From contig JAVWKG010000001.1 in the NCBI GenBank assembly GCA_036638655.1, positions 12,146 through 76,145 on the forward strand: a stretch of 64,000 nt of DNA, in the 5' to 3' direction. Of the stretch, positions 45,143 to 54,572 are shown piece by piece; position 1 is the stretch's first letter, and the number at the start of each line of letters is the position of its first letter. Source of the stretch: Lysinibacillus sp. (GTDB lineage: Bacteria; Bacillota; Bacilli; Bacillales_A; Planococcaceae). The notes under the pieces were generated by a model. It was given only the letters and a program-made list of their open reading frames with translations. It ran no database searches and was not told the origin of the DNA. Position numbers and translations under genes: made by a program.

Positions 45143-45412
45143 TCACCCTATGTAACGAGTTAAATTTTCAAATATATCTCTCGCATAGCTTGTAATTTGT
45201 GATAACATCCATGGACCAAAAAATATAATACCGATAAACACGGCAACAATTTTTGGAACGAATGCAAGAGTTTGTTCTTGAATAGAGGTTGTCGCTTGGA
45301 AAATACTTACCGCTAGACCTGAAACTAAAGCTATTATTAATAGCGGCCCACACGTTAAAAGGATAACCCAGATGGCACGCTCTGCAATTGAAATGACCAT
45401 TTCACCTGTCAT
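45143..45412 (-). CDS. fliQ: Flagellar export protein FliQ
   Basis: FQATTSIQEQTLAFVPK. Confidence 0.96.
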   Translation of the reverse strand: MTGEMVISIAERAIWVILLTCGPLLIIALVSGLAVSIFQATTSIQEQTLAFVPKIVAVFIGIIFFGPWMLSQITSYARDIFENLTRYIG

Positions 45413-45425
45413 ACAGTATCATCCC

Positions 45426-46091
45426 CTAAAAACTTTGTAGTAAAGACTTCATGACAAGATACCAACCATCTACAAGAACAAATAATAGAATTTTAAATGG
45501 TAATGAAATCATAACTGGCGGTAACATCATCATACCCATCGACATTAAAGTACTCGCTACAACCATATCGATTACTAAGAATGGAATAAAGATCATAAAT
45601 CCAATTTGGAACGCTGTTTTAATTTCACTCAGCGCAAATGCAGGCACTAGCATTGTTAATGGAATTTCTTCAACAGAAGCTGGTTTTTCCGCCTGATTAT
45701 ATTTTAGGAATAAATCTAAATCCTTTTGCCTCGTATGTTTACTCATAAATTCTTTGAATGGGATACTTGCACGATCATAGGCTTCTTCCATACCTATTTC
45801 TTCCGCAAATAGCGGTTGCAATGCATCTTCATTTACTTGATTAAAAGTTGGTGCCATGATAAAGAATGTTAAAAACAATGCCAGTCCAACAATTACCTGG
45901 TTAGGTGGCATTTGTTGTGTTGCTAACGCCGTTCGCACAAAAGACAAGACAATGACAATGCGTGTAAAAGATGTCATTAATATTAAAATACTTGGTGCTA
46001 ATGAGAGTACAGTTAATAATAATAAGAGCTTAACAGAATTTGAAACGTTGGTCGGGTCGCTACCGGAAAAGAAATTGACTAAATCTGTCAT
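45426..46091 (-). CDS. fliP: Flagellar export protein FliP
   Basis: TSFTRIVIV, MGMMMLPP. Confidence 0.97.
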   Translation of the reverse strand: MTDLVNFFSGSDPTNVSNSVKLLLLLTVLSLAPSILILMTSFTRIVIVLSFVRTALATQQMPPNQVIVGLALFLTFFIMAPTFNQVNEDALQPLFAEEIGMEEAYDRASIPFKEFMSKHTRQKDLDLFLKYNQAEKPASVEEIPLTMLVPAFALSEIKTAFQIGFMIFIPFLVIDMVVASTLMSMGMMMLPPVMISLPFKILLFVLVDGWYLVMKSLLQSF

Positions 46092-46771
46092 TTTTTATCA
46101 TTCTCCTTTTGCTTCCATTTATCGATTTCTTCGCTTCGCTCTTGTTTAATTTCATTCATTTTTTTTTCAAATAAGTCGCCAAATGAAGAATCATCCGCTT
46201 TTTCATCGACTTTTTGATTCGGTTTCTTTTTAAACTTTGAAAGGACTTCAGCAATATATGGGGATGCTGCTGCAAATTCTTGTCGCCCATTATAGTGTGC
46301 AAGTAATTTTTCTACTTCTTCTTCGTTTGTAATTTCTTTAAGTAGCTGGATATCATCTCCGACACCTACTAAATAGAGAGAATCTCCCACTTGAAGAAGC
46401 TGGACAGATTTTTGAGCGCCTAATGATAGACCGCCTAAATTTTGTACCATTTGGTTATGCTGATACTTCAAGTTTCTTTTGTTTAAAAACTTGATAAGCG
46501 CATAAAAAAGTGCAATTACAAATACAAGAGCCAACACCATTTTTATATATTCCCAAGCAGACACATTGCCAGCTGCTGAAACAGTAGAATCCTCCTCAGC
46601 AGCTGGTTTTTTGTTGTCTTCACACTCTTCTTTGTTTTTCGAATATCCTTCATCGATCATCAACGAGTCACAATCGACAGCATAAACTTCAGAATGTGCG
46701 GGATATAAAAATGAAAATGTTACAAGAAATGCAAAAATCATCGTTATACGTAATGATTTTAAAAAACGCAT
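46088..46771 (-). CDS. fliO: Flagellar biosynthesis protein FliO (Bacillus FliZ)
   Basis: LSLGAQKSVQLLQVG; position between cheY and fliP. Confidence 0.88.
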   Translation of the reverse strand: MRFLKSLRITMIFAFLVTFSFLYPAHSEVYAVDCDSLMIDEGYSKNKEECEDNKKPAAEEDSTVSAAGNVSAWEYIKMVLALVFVIALFYALIKFLNKRNLKYQHNQMVQNLGGLSLGAQKSVQLLQVGDSLYLVGVGDDIQLLKEITNEEEVEKLLAHYNGRQEFAAASPYIAEVLSKFKKKPNQKVDEKADDSSFGDLFEKKMNEIKQERSEEIDKWKQKENDKK

Positions 46772-46776
46772 TTACA

Positions 46777-47139
46777 TCAACCTAATGCTTTTTGAATCGC
46801 TTCAATTACACGGTCTGCTTGGAAAGGTTTTACGATAAAATCTTTCGCCCCAGCTTGAATTGCATCGATTACCATCGCTTGTTGCCCCATAGCAGAACAC
46901 ATAATAACAGTAGCATTTGGATGTGTACCTTTAATTGCTTTTAATGCTGCGATACCATCCATTTCAGGCATAGTAATATCCATTGTTACTAAATCTGGTT
47001 TCAGTTCATTGTACTTCTCTACTGCTTGTAATCCATCTGCAGCTTCTCCTACAACTTCAAAGCCATTTTTCGATAAAATATCTTTAATCATCATGCGCAT
47101 AAATGCAGCATCGTCTACAATTAAAATTCGTTTAGACAT
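46777..47139 (-). CDS. cheY: Chemotaxis response regulator CheY
   Basis: VDDAAFMR, MDITMP, FIVKPF. Confidence 0.96.
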   Translation of the reverse strand: MSKRILIVDDAAFMRMMIKDILSKNGFEVVGEAADGLQAVEKYNELKPDLVTMDITMPEMDGIAALKAIKGTHPNATVIMCSAMGQQAMVIDAIQAGAKDFIVKPFQADRVIEAIQKALG

Positions 47140-47160
47140 AATTAACTCCTCCAATTGACA

Positions 47161-48342
47161 CTATCTTAAATTATTTAAACGCTCTGCTTGACTTAACACA
47201 TCAGTAATTCGAACACCGAAGTTTTCATCAATTACGACAACTTCACCTTTAGCAATTAAACGGCTATTTACTAGAATATCAACTGGTTCTCCAGCAAGCT
47301 TATCCAACTCAATAATAGAACCACTTGAAAGTTCTAAAATTTCTTTTACAGAACGTTTCGTACGCCCTAACTCTACCGTAACTTGTAATGGAATATCAAG
47401 TAGCATATTTAAGTTTCTAGCTTCTGACTGACTAATATTAGCAGATTCAAAGCTAGCAAATTGCGCTTGTTGAACATTGACAGGTTGTGCCGGTCTTTGT
47501 GACGTTTGAATCATTGGTTGTTCTTGATAAACTGGTTGAGCAGCTTGTTGCTGAACTGGCGCTGGACTTGCCACTTGTTGTACCGGTGATGGTACAGCTT
47601 GTAAAGTTGCTGCCGTTTCATCTAATGCATCATCTGTCTCACCCATAAGTGATTTAACAATTTTTTTACTGAATTCTAATGGCAATAATTGCATCAAGTT
47701 TGAATCTATTAATGTGCCAATTTTTAGTCGGAAAGATACTTTAACAAGCAAATCATCTTCAGGAATATTATCTCGACCTTCATCTTGTGAAATATTCATT
47801 AAATCAATTGAAGGTGGTGAAATATCTACCTTTTGATTGAATACTGTTGACATCGATGTTGCGGCTGAGCCCATCATTTGGTTCATTGCCTCTTGTACAG
47901 CACTTAATTGGATCTCTCCTAGGTCTGGTTTTGGATTTAATCCATCCCCACCTAACATTAAGTCTGCAATAATAGCAGCATCTGATTGTTTAATAACGAG
48001 TAAGTTCATACCCGTTAAACCAATTGTATATTCAACTTGCACTGCTACATAAGGATGAGGGAATTCCTCTTCTAATTTATTACGATTAATCATTGAAATA
48101 CTAGGTGTTGTAATATCAACTTTTTGACCTAGTAATGCTGAAAGTGCCGTAGCTGAGCTACCGAAAGATATATTACCAACTTCTCCTAATGCATCCTGTG
48201 CAAAAGAATCAAGATAATCCTCTACATTTAATTCATCATCATTGCTAGTAGAAGAATCGCCGTTGTCGTTATTATTATCTTCCAACGTCTCGCCCCTTAA
48301 TAGAGCTTCTATTTCTTCTTGGGAGAGCATTTCATCACTCAT
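47161..48342 (-). CDS. fliY: Flagellar switch phosphatase FliY
   Basis: N-terminal LSQEEI, two CheC-like motifs, C-terminal SPOA domain. Confidence 0.95.
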   Translation of the reverse strand: MSDEMLSQEEIEALLRGETLEDNNNDNGDSSTSNDDELNVEDYLDSFAQDALGEVGNISFGSSATALSALLGQKVDITTPSISMINRNKLEEEFPHPYVAVQVEYTIGLTGMNLLVIKQSDAAIIADLMLGGDGLNPKPDLGEIQLSAVQEAMNQMMGSAATSMSTVFNQKVDISPPSIDLMNISQDEGRDNIPEDDLLVKVSFRLKIGTLIDSNLMQLLPLEFSKKIVKSLMGETDDALDETAATLQAVPSPVQQVASPAPVQQQAAQPVYQEQPMIQTSQRPAQPVNVQQAQFASFESANISQSEARNLNMLLDIPLQVTVELGRTKRSVKEILELSSGSIIELDKLAGEPVDILVNSRLIAKGEVVVIDENFGVRITDVLSQAERLNNLR

Positions 48343-49330
48343 CTTCGTCTCCTCCTTCCAAAGGGTCGATAATTTGGATTGCTAATTTTTTACCATTTTT
48401 ACCAGGCTGTACTGTGAATTTCGGTAAGGTTCCCACTTTTAACAATAATGGGTCTTCGATTTTTTGTTCCAATTGAATAACGTCCCCTACTTGCATCATA
48501 AGGAAATCTTCAATTGTAATATCAGTAATCCCTAATTCCACAGAAACAGGTAATTGAGCTTGTTTCACTCGGTTTTCTAACATTTTTGTTTGTTCTGGAG
48601 ACATTTCTTTTGTATTTGTTTGCATCCAGTAACGAACAGATAGATTAGGAACGATTGGCTCCAATACAACATGCGGAATACAAATATTAATCATACCGCT
48701 TGTTTCACCGATAATCGTATTTAATGAAATAACTACTACCGTTTCATTTGGAGAAATCATTTGTAAAAATTGCGGATTAACTTCAAGCTCCACTAAAATC
48801 GGATCGATTTCAGCAATGTTTTCCCATGCCTCACGCAAGTTATCAAATGAGCGTTCGAAAAGATTCGTCATAATTTTTGTTTCGATTTCTGTTAAGTTAT
48901 CGACATTACTATGACTTGCTCCGCTACCACCCATTAAACGATCTAGCATAGAGTAAGCAATGTTTGGGTTAATCTCCATTAATATATTACCATCTAAAGG
49001 TGGTACTTCAAACACATTAATGAGTGTCATGTTCGGAATAGATCGAACAAACTCCTCAAATGGTATTTGGTCTACTGATGCTACTGTAATTTGCACATAG
49101 CTTCTTAGCTGTGCAGAGAAAAATGTAGTTAGTAGTCGTGCAAAATTTTCGTGTATTCGGGTCAAACTTCGGATTTGATCTTTCGAGAAGCGAAGTGCAC
49201 GTTTAAAGTCATAAACTTTAACCTTTCGTACTTCATCTTCTTTTTTGATGTCATCCGCTGACATTTCTCCGGTTGATATTGCGGAAAGTAACGCATCAAT
49301 CTCGGATTGGGATAACACATCTCCTGCCAT
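48335..49330 (-). CDS. fliM: Flagellar motor switch protein FliM
   Basis: LSQSEIDALL, YDFKR. Confidence 0.97.
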   Translation of the reverse strand: MAGDVLSQSEIDALLSAISTGEMSADDIKKEDEVRKVKVYDFKRALRFSKDQIRSLTRIHENFARLLTTFFSAQLRSYVQITVASVDQIPFEEFVRSIPNMTLINVFEVPPLDGNILMEINPNIAYSMLDRLMGGSGASHSNVDNLTEIETKIMTNLFERSFDNLREAWENIAEIDPILVELEVNPQFLQMISPNETVVVISLNTIIGETSGMINICIPHVVLEPIVPNLSVRYWMQTNTKEMSPEQTKMLENRVKQAQLPVSVELGITDITIEDFLMMQVGDVIQLEQKIEDPLLLKVGTLPKFTVQPGKNGKKLAIQIIDPLEGGDEDE

Positions 49331-49360
49331 TTGCCCACCTCCATTTCAAGATGTTTCTGT

Positions 49361-49789
49361 TTACGAAATGATGTAGGAGGTAATATACACTTGTTGAATT
49401 TCTCCCTCTTGCATCAATTCGTTTAGTTTTGTTTTTAAAGCTTTTTGGAACATTTCTTTTCCTTGCTTACCTTTTAAACCTTCTTGATCCATTTCTGAAA
49501 GTTCTTGAATAATCAAGTTCTTCGTTTGGAAATCTCGCTTTGTTAACTCAACCGCAGCTTCTTCACTAGACGTTTGAATTTTAAGCGATATTCGGACAAA
49601 TCGCTTGTCCGCTAAGTTCGTTGTAATTTCAGGGACATCAACAGAAGCGACTAAAATTTCATCAATCGATGGTGCTGCCGTTTCAGCCGGTTTGTTGAAT
49701 TGTGTCAGTAACACAAAAATTACAACCCCTATTAGTGTAATAGTCACTAATATGATGAGCATAATCGTTAACATTTTATTATTCTTCAT
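49361..49789 (-). CDS. fliL: Flagellar basal-body protein FliL
   Basis: N-terminal TM, ITTNL, VYITSYI. Confidence 0.92.
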   Translation of the reverse strand: MKNNKMLTIMLIILVTITLIGVVIFVLLTQFNKPAETAAPSIDEILVASVDVPEITTNLADKRFVRISLKIQTSSEEAAVELTKRDFQTKNLIIQELSEMDQEGLKGKQGKEMFQKALKTKLNELMQEGEIQQVYITSYIIS

Positions 49790-50000
49790 CTTCTTCACCT
49801 CGTAGATGCGGGTTTGATAGTATTTGTATATTTTTATAAAAGGTATTTACCTTTTGTCGCACCTCATCTTGACTCTGCAATACTATGACCTTAGTACCAG
49901 TTGTAAGTTTTATCGTCGTATCTGGAAATGATTCAACGGTTTCTATGTATAAAGCATTCAAAGTGAATGCTCTGCCATTTAGACGTGTTAGTTCAATCAT
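49779..50000 (-). CDS. swrD: FlbD-family protein (SwrD)
   Basis: MIELTRLNG...IETVESFPDTTIKL; position between flgE and fliL. Confidence 0.9.
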   Translation of the reverse strand: MIELTRLNGRAFTLNALYIETVESFPDTTIKLTTGTKVIVLQSQDEVRQKVNTFYKNIQILSNPHLRGEEDEE

Positions 50001-50078
50001 TGAAATAGGGCCGGGTCTAGCTTGAGAGCCGGCCCGACCCTCCCTCACATTGAATTATTATGTCTTACATTACATCAA

Positions 50079-51044
50079 TTATCGTTTTAAGTTAACAAGT
50101 TCTTGTAAAATTTCATCTGAAGTCGTAATAATACGCGTATTCGCTTGGAAACCACGTTGCGCAACGATCATTTCAGTGAACTCTTCTGAAAGGTCAACGT
50201 TTGACATTTCAAGTGCACCTGAAACGGTTTGACCAATACCATTTAATCCACCCGCTGAAAACCCTGGAGCACCTGAGTTTGCAGATGGGATATACGCGTT
50301 ATTGCCCGTTTTCGTTAAACCTTCTGGATTAGAAAATTTCGCCATAACAATTTGACCAGCAAACATTAATTCGCCACTCGCTGCAACATACGTTACACGC
50401 CCATCAAGACCAATTGACATTTCTTTAGCATCATCTGGAATATAAATACGTCCACCATCAAGTGGGTCATACTGTAATTCCGCATCTGTATCGAAAACAC
50501 CATCTAAATCTGGAGGAGTCCCATTAGCATCTGGTTGTAGAGATTCATGCCCAATCGTATTGTCACCCGCATTAGGAGGTACAGCTCCTCCTCCTGTATT
50601 AAGACCGATTAGATAGTTACCATCAGCATTCACTAGATAACCTTCATTGTCTTTATAGAAGTTACCCGCTCTCGTATACTTAACATTTTTAAAATCTGTA
50701 ACAAGAGCTGGATCTTCTACTCCACGTTCAGCTACTAAAAAGAATCCTTCACCTGAGTTAGCAATATCTAAAACTCGACCCGTATTTTGAGTAGAGCCTG
50801 TCCCATGAATTGTATCAATAGTTGCCAAAGATGAACCTAGACCTACTTGTTTCGCGTTCGTACCACCAATTGCTCCATTCGGACCTGAAGCCCCTTGTTG
50901 CGTTTGAGACATAATGTCTTTAAAGATTACGCGCCCTTTTTTGAAACCATGTGTGTTTACGTTGGCAATATTATTACCGATAACGTCTAATTTTGTTTGG
51001 AAGTTTCTCATTCCTGAAATGCCTGAATACATAGAACGTAACAT
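50079..51044 (-). CDS. flgE: Flagellar hook protein (FlgE/FlgG family)
   Basis: GNNIANVNT, YTRAGNF, LEMSNVDL..AQRGFQAN; position after flgD. Confidence 0.9.
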   Translation of the reverse strand: MLRSMYSGISGMRNFQTKLDVIGNNIANVNTHGFKKGRVIFKDIMSQTQQGASGPNGAIGGTNAKQVGLGSSLATIDTIHGTGSTQNTGRVLDIANSGEGFFLVAERGVEDPALVTDFKNVKYTRAGNFYKDNEGYLVNADGNYLIGLNTGGGAVPPNAGDNTIGHESLQPDANGTPPDLDGVFDTDAELQYDPLDGGRIYIPDDAKEMSIGLDGRVTYVAASGELMFAGQIVMAKFSNPEGLTKTGNNAYIPSANSGAPGFSAGGLNGIGQTVSGALEMSNVDLSEEFTEMIVAQRGFQANTRIITTSDEILQELVNLKR

Positions 51045-51073
51045 AATTTGTTGTTCTCCCCTCGATTTTAAGT

Positions 51074-51133
51074 GTGACTACTTCAATCAATCAACAGTCA
51101 CGTAGGCTTCCTTACAAATGAAGGTCCAGCCTA
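51074..51133 (-). ncRNA. Candidate cis-acting two-hairpin RNA in the flgE leader
   Basis: TAGGCT-GGA-CCTT-loop-AAGG-A-AGCCTA, then GTGACTG-TTGATTGATTGAAG-TAGTCAC; no U-tract. Confidence 0.5.
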
Positions 51134-51505
51134 AAGTACAATCGTACCATCAATATTTGTGAATATTTGTTGTTTTGCTTCTTTGCGATCCATCGCCGTA
51201 ATAACCGTCGCATTTTTCGCACTAACAATTAATGCGGCTTGATCCATCAGTACTAGTGGTTGCTTGACACCTTTTTCTCGTGCTTCAAACACCTTGTCCG
51301 ATACAACTTGCCACTCTTGCTCAGAAATATCAATATTCCTTGCTACTAATCGTTCATTGGCGTGTTTGCTTACTTTTAACTCCTGCTTTTCTGTCGCTTG
51401 TTGTAAATGGTCTAAAAAGGATTGCTGCGACTTTATAGGCGAAGAAGCTTGTTGTGTGCGAAGTGTTGGTTGTAATGGCACATGCTTTATGGATAATCGA
51501 TGCAT
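51131..51505 (-). CDS. TIGR02530-family flagellar operon protein
   Basis: LKVSKHANERL..RNI, TVITAMD, IFTNIDGTIV; between flgD and flgE; start at ATG 51505 by RBS spacing. Confidence 0.85.
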   Translation of the reverse strand: MHRLSIKHVPLQPTLRTQQASSPIKSQQSFLDHLQQATEKQELKVSKHANERLVARNIDISEQEWQVVSDKVFEAREKGVKQPLVLMDQAALIVSAKNATVITAMDRKEAKQQIFTNIDGTIVL

Positions 51506-51520
51506 ATGTGTCATCCTCCC

Positions 51521-52189
51521 CTATTCGCTAACAACTGTAAAGTCTTTACTTGATAATTTTTCACCGTTGTCGAGCACATAAGAAATTACACCATCTTTGT
51601 TTGATACGGATACGACTTTCCCCTGCATTTCTGTTTCACCATTTAAGTAAGTAACCGTTCTACCAATCAATTTGCTTGCTTCTACAATTGGATTCTCTGG
51701 TTTCCCAGTCGAACTGGACGCTCCACCTAAAATTTCAGAAATATTTCCTGGGAAAATTTCTTTGCCATCTTCCAATATAAAGACAACACCGCCATCGACA
51801 AATTTCAATGATTGAATAACGCCTGTACCGTCCTTTGCTACTGGCTTACCTGCACTATCTAACTCCTCTGTTAGTTCATGCCATTTGATCTCTTTCCCAA
51901 CAAAAGATGAGTAACTCATTAACTGTGTTTGTTGTTGTGACATTAACAGTGCTTCCATACCTTTTGTCATGTTTTGCATCTGCTCTAAAGAAGAGAATTG
52001 CGCCATTTGAGCGATAAAGTCTCGGTCATCCATTGGATTTGTTGGATCTTGGTTTTGTAGTTGTGTAATTAGTAGTTTTAAAAAAGCATCTTTCCCCAAC
52101 GAACTATTACCTGTTTCTTTAACAGGTTTTTTATAGTTGCTATAATTAAGGTCATCTGTTATTCCTGTCATCCCTGTCATCCCTGTCAT
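51521..52189 (-). CDS. flgD: Flagellar hook capping protein FlgD
   Basis: FLKLLITQLQNQDPTNPMD, AQFSSLEQ. Confidence 0.95.
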   Translation of the reverse strand: MTGMTGMTGITDDLNYSNYKKPVKETGNSSLGKDAFLKLLITQLQNQDPTNPMDDRDFIAQMAQFSSLEQMQNMTKGMEALLMSQQQTQLMSYSSFVGKEIKWHELTEELDSAGKPVAKDGTGVIQSLKFVDGGVVFILEDGKEIFPGNISEILGGASSSTGKPENPIVEASKLIGRTVTYLNGETEMQGKVVSVSNKDGVISYVLDNGEKLSSKDFTVVSE

Positions 52190-52192
52190 CCC
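52157..52192. repeat. 9-bp tandem repeat over the flgD start
   Basis: TGTTATTCC plus (TGTCATCCC)x3, encoding MTG-MTG-MTG-IT. Confidence 0.9.
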
Positions 52193-53482
52193 TTACACCT
52201 CCTCATTTATTAAATAGTCGCTAAACGATAGTTCTTCTTCGTCTTCGATATCTGATTCCTTCGTTTCTTCTTCATTGTGTTGTTGTTTAAAGAAGTTGTT
52301 AAAGAAGTTTTGATCACGATTTTGACGATCTGCGTCTTGTAATGATTGCGTCACATCTAGTCGATCTACTTGGATGTTTTGTTGAGCGAATGCTTGTCTT
52401 AATTGATTTAATTGGTTATCTAATAGCTCGCGTCCTTGTGCTGTTGAAGCTAAAATACGTGCTGTTAGTACACCATCATTTTGCATTAACTCAATACGAA
52501 TTGTCCCTAAGTTTTCTGGATACAACTTAAGCGTTAGTCGTGTTACACCTTGTGCTTGAGATATTTGCGCCTTATTAATAATCGCTTGCATCTCTCTTAA
52601 TAACGCTTCAGACTGTGCTGGTTTAGCTGTTGGTAATGTCACTTGGAATGTGTTTGCTTTTGTTTGTACAGTATTTGCTGTCACAACCTCATCGGCATTC
52701 GTATCCGCTTGTTTCACTACTTGTTGTGTTACAACTTGGAAACCTTGCAACGGGATAGTTGCTATTGGTGTTTTCGTCACAGTCGTTTGCTGCACCTGTT
52801 CTTGAAGTGCTGTTAAGAAATTTTTCACATTTGTTAATGTCGCTTCTTGCGTCATTGTTAAATCTGATTTAGCGCCTAAGAGCTGTGCTAATTTCAACAC
52901 TTGCAATAATTGGTTGGCCTCTTTTGGTGTAACTTTTTCTTCACCTTGAAGTGCAGAAACAATTTGCGATTGTAATAATGCAGCCTGTTCATCTGTTAAT
53001 GATAGTAACTCCCAAATGTCACTTGCCTGTTTGTCTTCTCCTAGTAATTGCTGCACAACCTGTAATAGTTGCTCTGCATCAATATTAAGAGCGGCCATAA
53101 TATCTTCGAGATTTAACATTTCATCGATTGCTACTGCCTTACCTTCGTCACCGACTTGTAACATCAGTAATCCATCATCATGTGGAATTCCTAGCAAAGT
53201 TAGTAGTTCTTCGATTGACTCAGCGCCTAATACTTGTGCCAATTCTTCTAATTTACTTTCATTAGAAGCAGCAGTATTTGATGTTGTCTCTTTTGGTTGA
53301 TTTGTTGATGCAATTACTTGACCAAAAACAGAACCAAATGTAGAACGCTCATCTTTTGCTGAAATAGCATTTGATTTTGAGCCTACATCATTTTTAACAT
53401 TTTGAGTTTGTGAAGATTGTTGTGCATTTTGCTTTGGTGAAACATTTCGATTCGTCATCATTTGCATTTGCGCGATATTCAT
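52193..53482 (-). CDS. fliK: Flagellar hook-length control protein FliK
   Basis: LKLYPENLGTIRI C-terminal domain; low-complexity N-terminus. Confidence 0.9.
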   Translation of the reverse strand: MNIAQMQMMTNRNVSPKQNAQQSSQTQNVKNDVGSKSNAISAKDERSTFGSVFGQVIASTNQPKETTSNTAASNESKLEELAQVLGAESIEELLTLLGIPHDDGLLMLQVGDEGKAVAIDEMLNLEDIMAALNIDAEQLLQVVQQLLGEDKQASDIWELLSLTDEQAALLQSQIVSALQGEEKVTPKEANQLLQVLKLAQLLGAKSDLTMTQEATLTNVKNFLTALQEQVQQTTVTKTPIATIPLQGFQVVTQQVVKQADTNADEVVTANTVQTKANTFQVTLPTAKPAQSEALLREMQAIINKAQISQAQGVTRLTLKLYPENLGTIRIELMQNDGVLTARILASTAQGRELLDNQLNQLRQAFAQQNIQVDRLDVTQSLQDADRQNRDQNFFNNFFKQQHNEEETKESDIEDEEELSFSDYLINEEV

Positions 53483-53509
53483 TTTTTCACCTCCCTCCAA
53501 TGTTAGTTA

Positions 53510-54118
53510 TTATTGTTTAGCCATTAATTCTGTATATTTTGCAGCGTCAGTTGGTTCCATCTTTTCTAAAATGGCTGCTAGCTTATCAGGTTTTAAGTTT
53601 GTTAAAATACGCAGCGCTTCTGCATCACTCATTTTAATCAGTACTGGTGCTGCTGCTTTTGCAGACATTTTATCGAACGTGACTAAAATATCATTAAAAT
53701 CACGCTTAACATCGTCTTGCTCTCTTTGTAATTTTTCAATTTCAAAAAGCAGTTTTTCTTGTTCTACAAGTAACGTTTCTTGCTCAGTCGTTGCAGTATC
53801 TAGCTTCTTCTGCAATTGCGTGATTTCAGCTTCTTTCTCCTGAATTTCAGCCTGTAATCCGACTACTTTTGTATCTGTATTTGTTACCGCTTTTTCTGCC
53901 TTTTCTTCCTCAGAAGCAACAAACGGTAATTCATTAAGACCCTTTTTAGCAAGATCGAATACATTTGTATCATACAATGTCGTCAGTACAAGCAAAATTG
54001 CTACAACAAACATGACAGGGATCATTACCCATAAAAATAATCGTTTGAATATCCCTGGCTTCTGTTCTTGCTTTAAACTATCTATTTCAGTTACTCTTTT
54101 TTCATCGTTTTTTGCCAT
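53510..54118 (-). CDS. ylxF: YlxF/MotE-family protein
   Basis: TM, coiled coil, KMSAKAAAPVL MgtE-N-like end; synteny. Confidence 0.85.
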   Translation of the reverse strand: MAKNDEKRVTEIDSLKQEQKPGIFKRLFLWVMIPVMFVVAILLVLTTLYDTNVFDLAKKGLNELPFVASEEEKAEKAVTNTDTKVVGLQAEIQEKEAEITQLQKKLDTATTEQETLLVEQEKLLFEIEKLQREQDDVKRDFNDILVTFDKMSAKAAAPVLIKMSDAEALRILTNLKPDKLAAILEKMEPTDAAKYTELMAKQ

Positions 54119-54122
54119 GAAA

Positions 54123-54572
54123 TCACCTGATTTCTCTCTTGTTATACGTTAGTGAAGAAATTTCATCTAAAAAGATCGTTTCTAAACGCTGTTGCTCAAC
54201 TTTAAAAACTTCAAAATCTTTTTCTCTCATTTTTTCAAACTTACGTACTTCCAAGTTTTTTTCTAACAATTTTTCCTCATGCCAGTTCATTTTAGCACGA
54301 GCTTGAATTACTTTTTGTTGTACATCAGCAATTGTTTTTTCTAAGCTATCAATGAATCTAGCATAGTGATGTACTTCATCAATAGAAGAGCCTATTGTAA
54401 GTCTCTCCTGTTGAAAACCTAGCAAATCTTCTTTCTTCTTCAATAAATCATATAATTTTGTCGCGACTTCCTCAAAGAAACGTACAGATTCTTTGTAGGC
54501 AATCTCTGTTTCGCTTTTTTCTTGTTCGCGAATCGTCAGCACTTTGTCAAATCGATATTTATAAGCATTCAT
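54123..54572 (-). CDS. fliJ: Flagellar export protein FliJ
   Basis: YRFDKVL..REQEK; follows fliI. Confidence 0.9.
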   Translation of the reverse strand: MNAYKYRFDKVLTIREQEKSETEIAYKESVRFFEEVATKLYDLLKKKEDLLGFQQERLTIGSSIDEVHHYARFIDSLEKTIADVQQKVIQARAKMNWHEEKLLEKNLEVRKFEKMREKDFEVFKVEQQRLETIFLDEISSLTYNKREIR

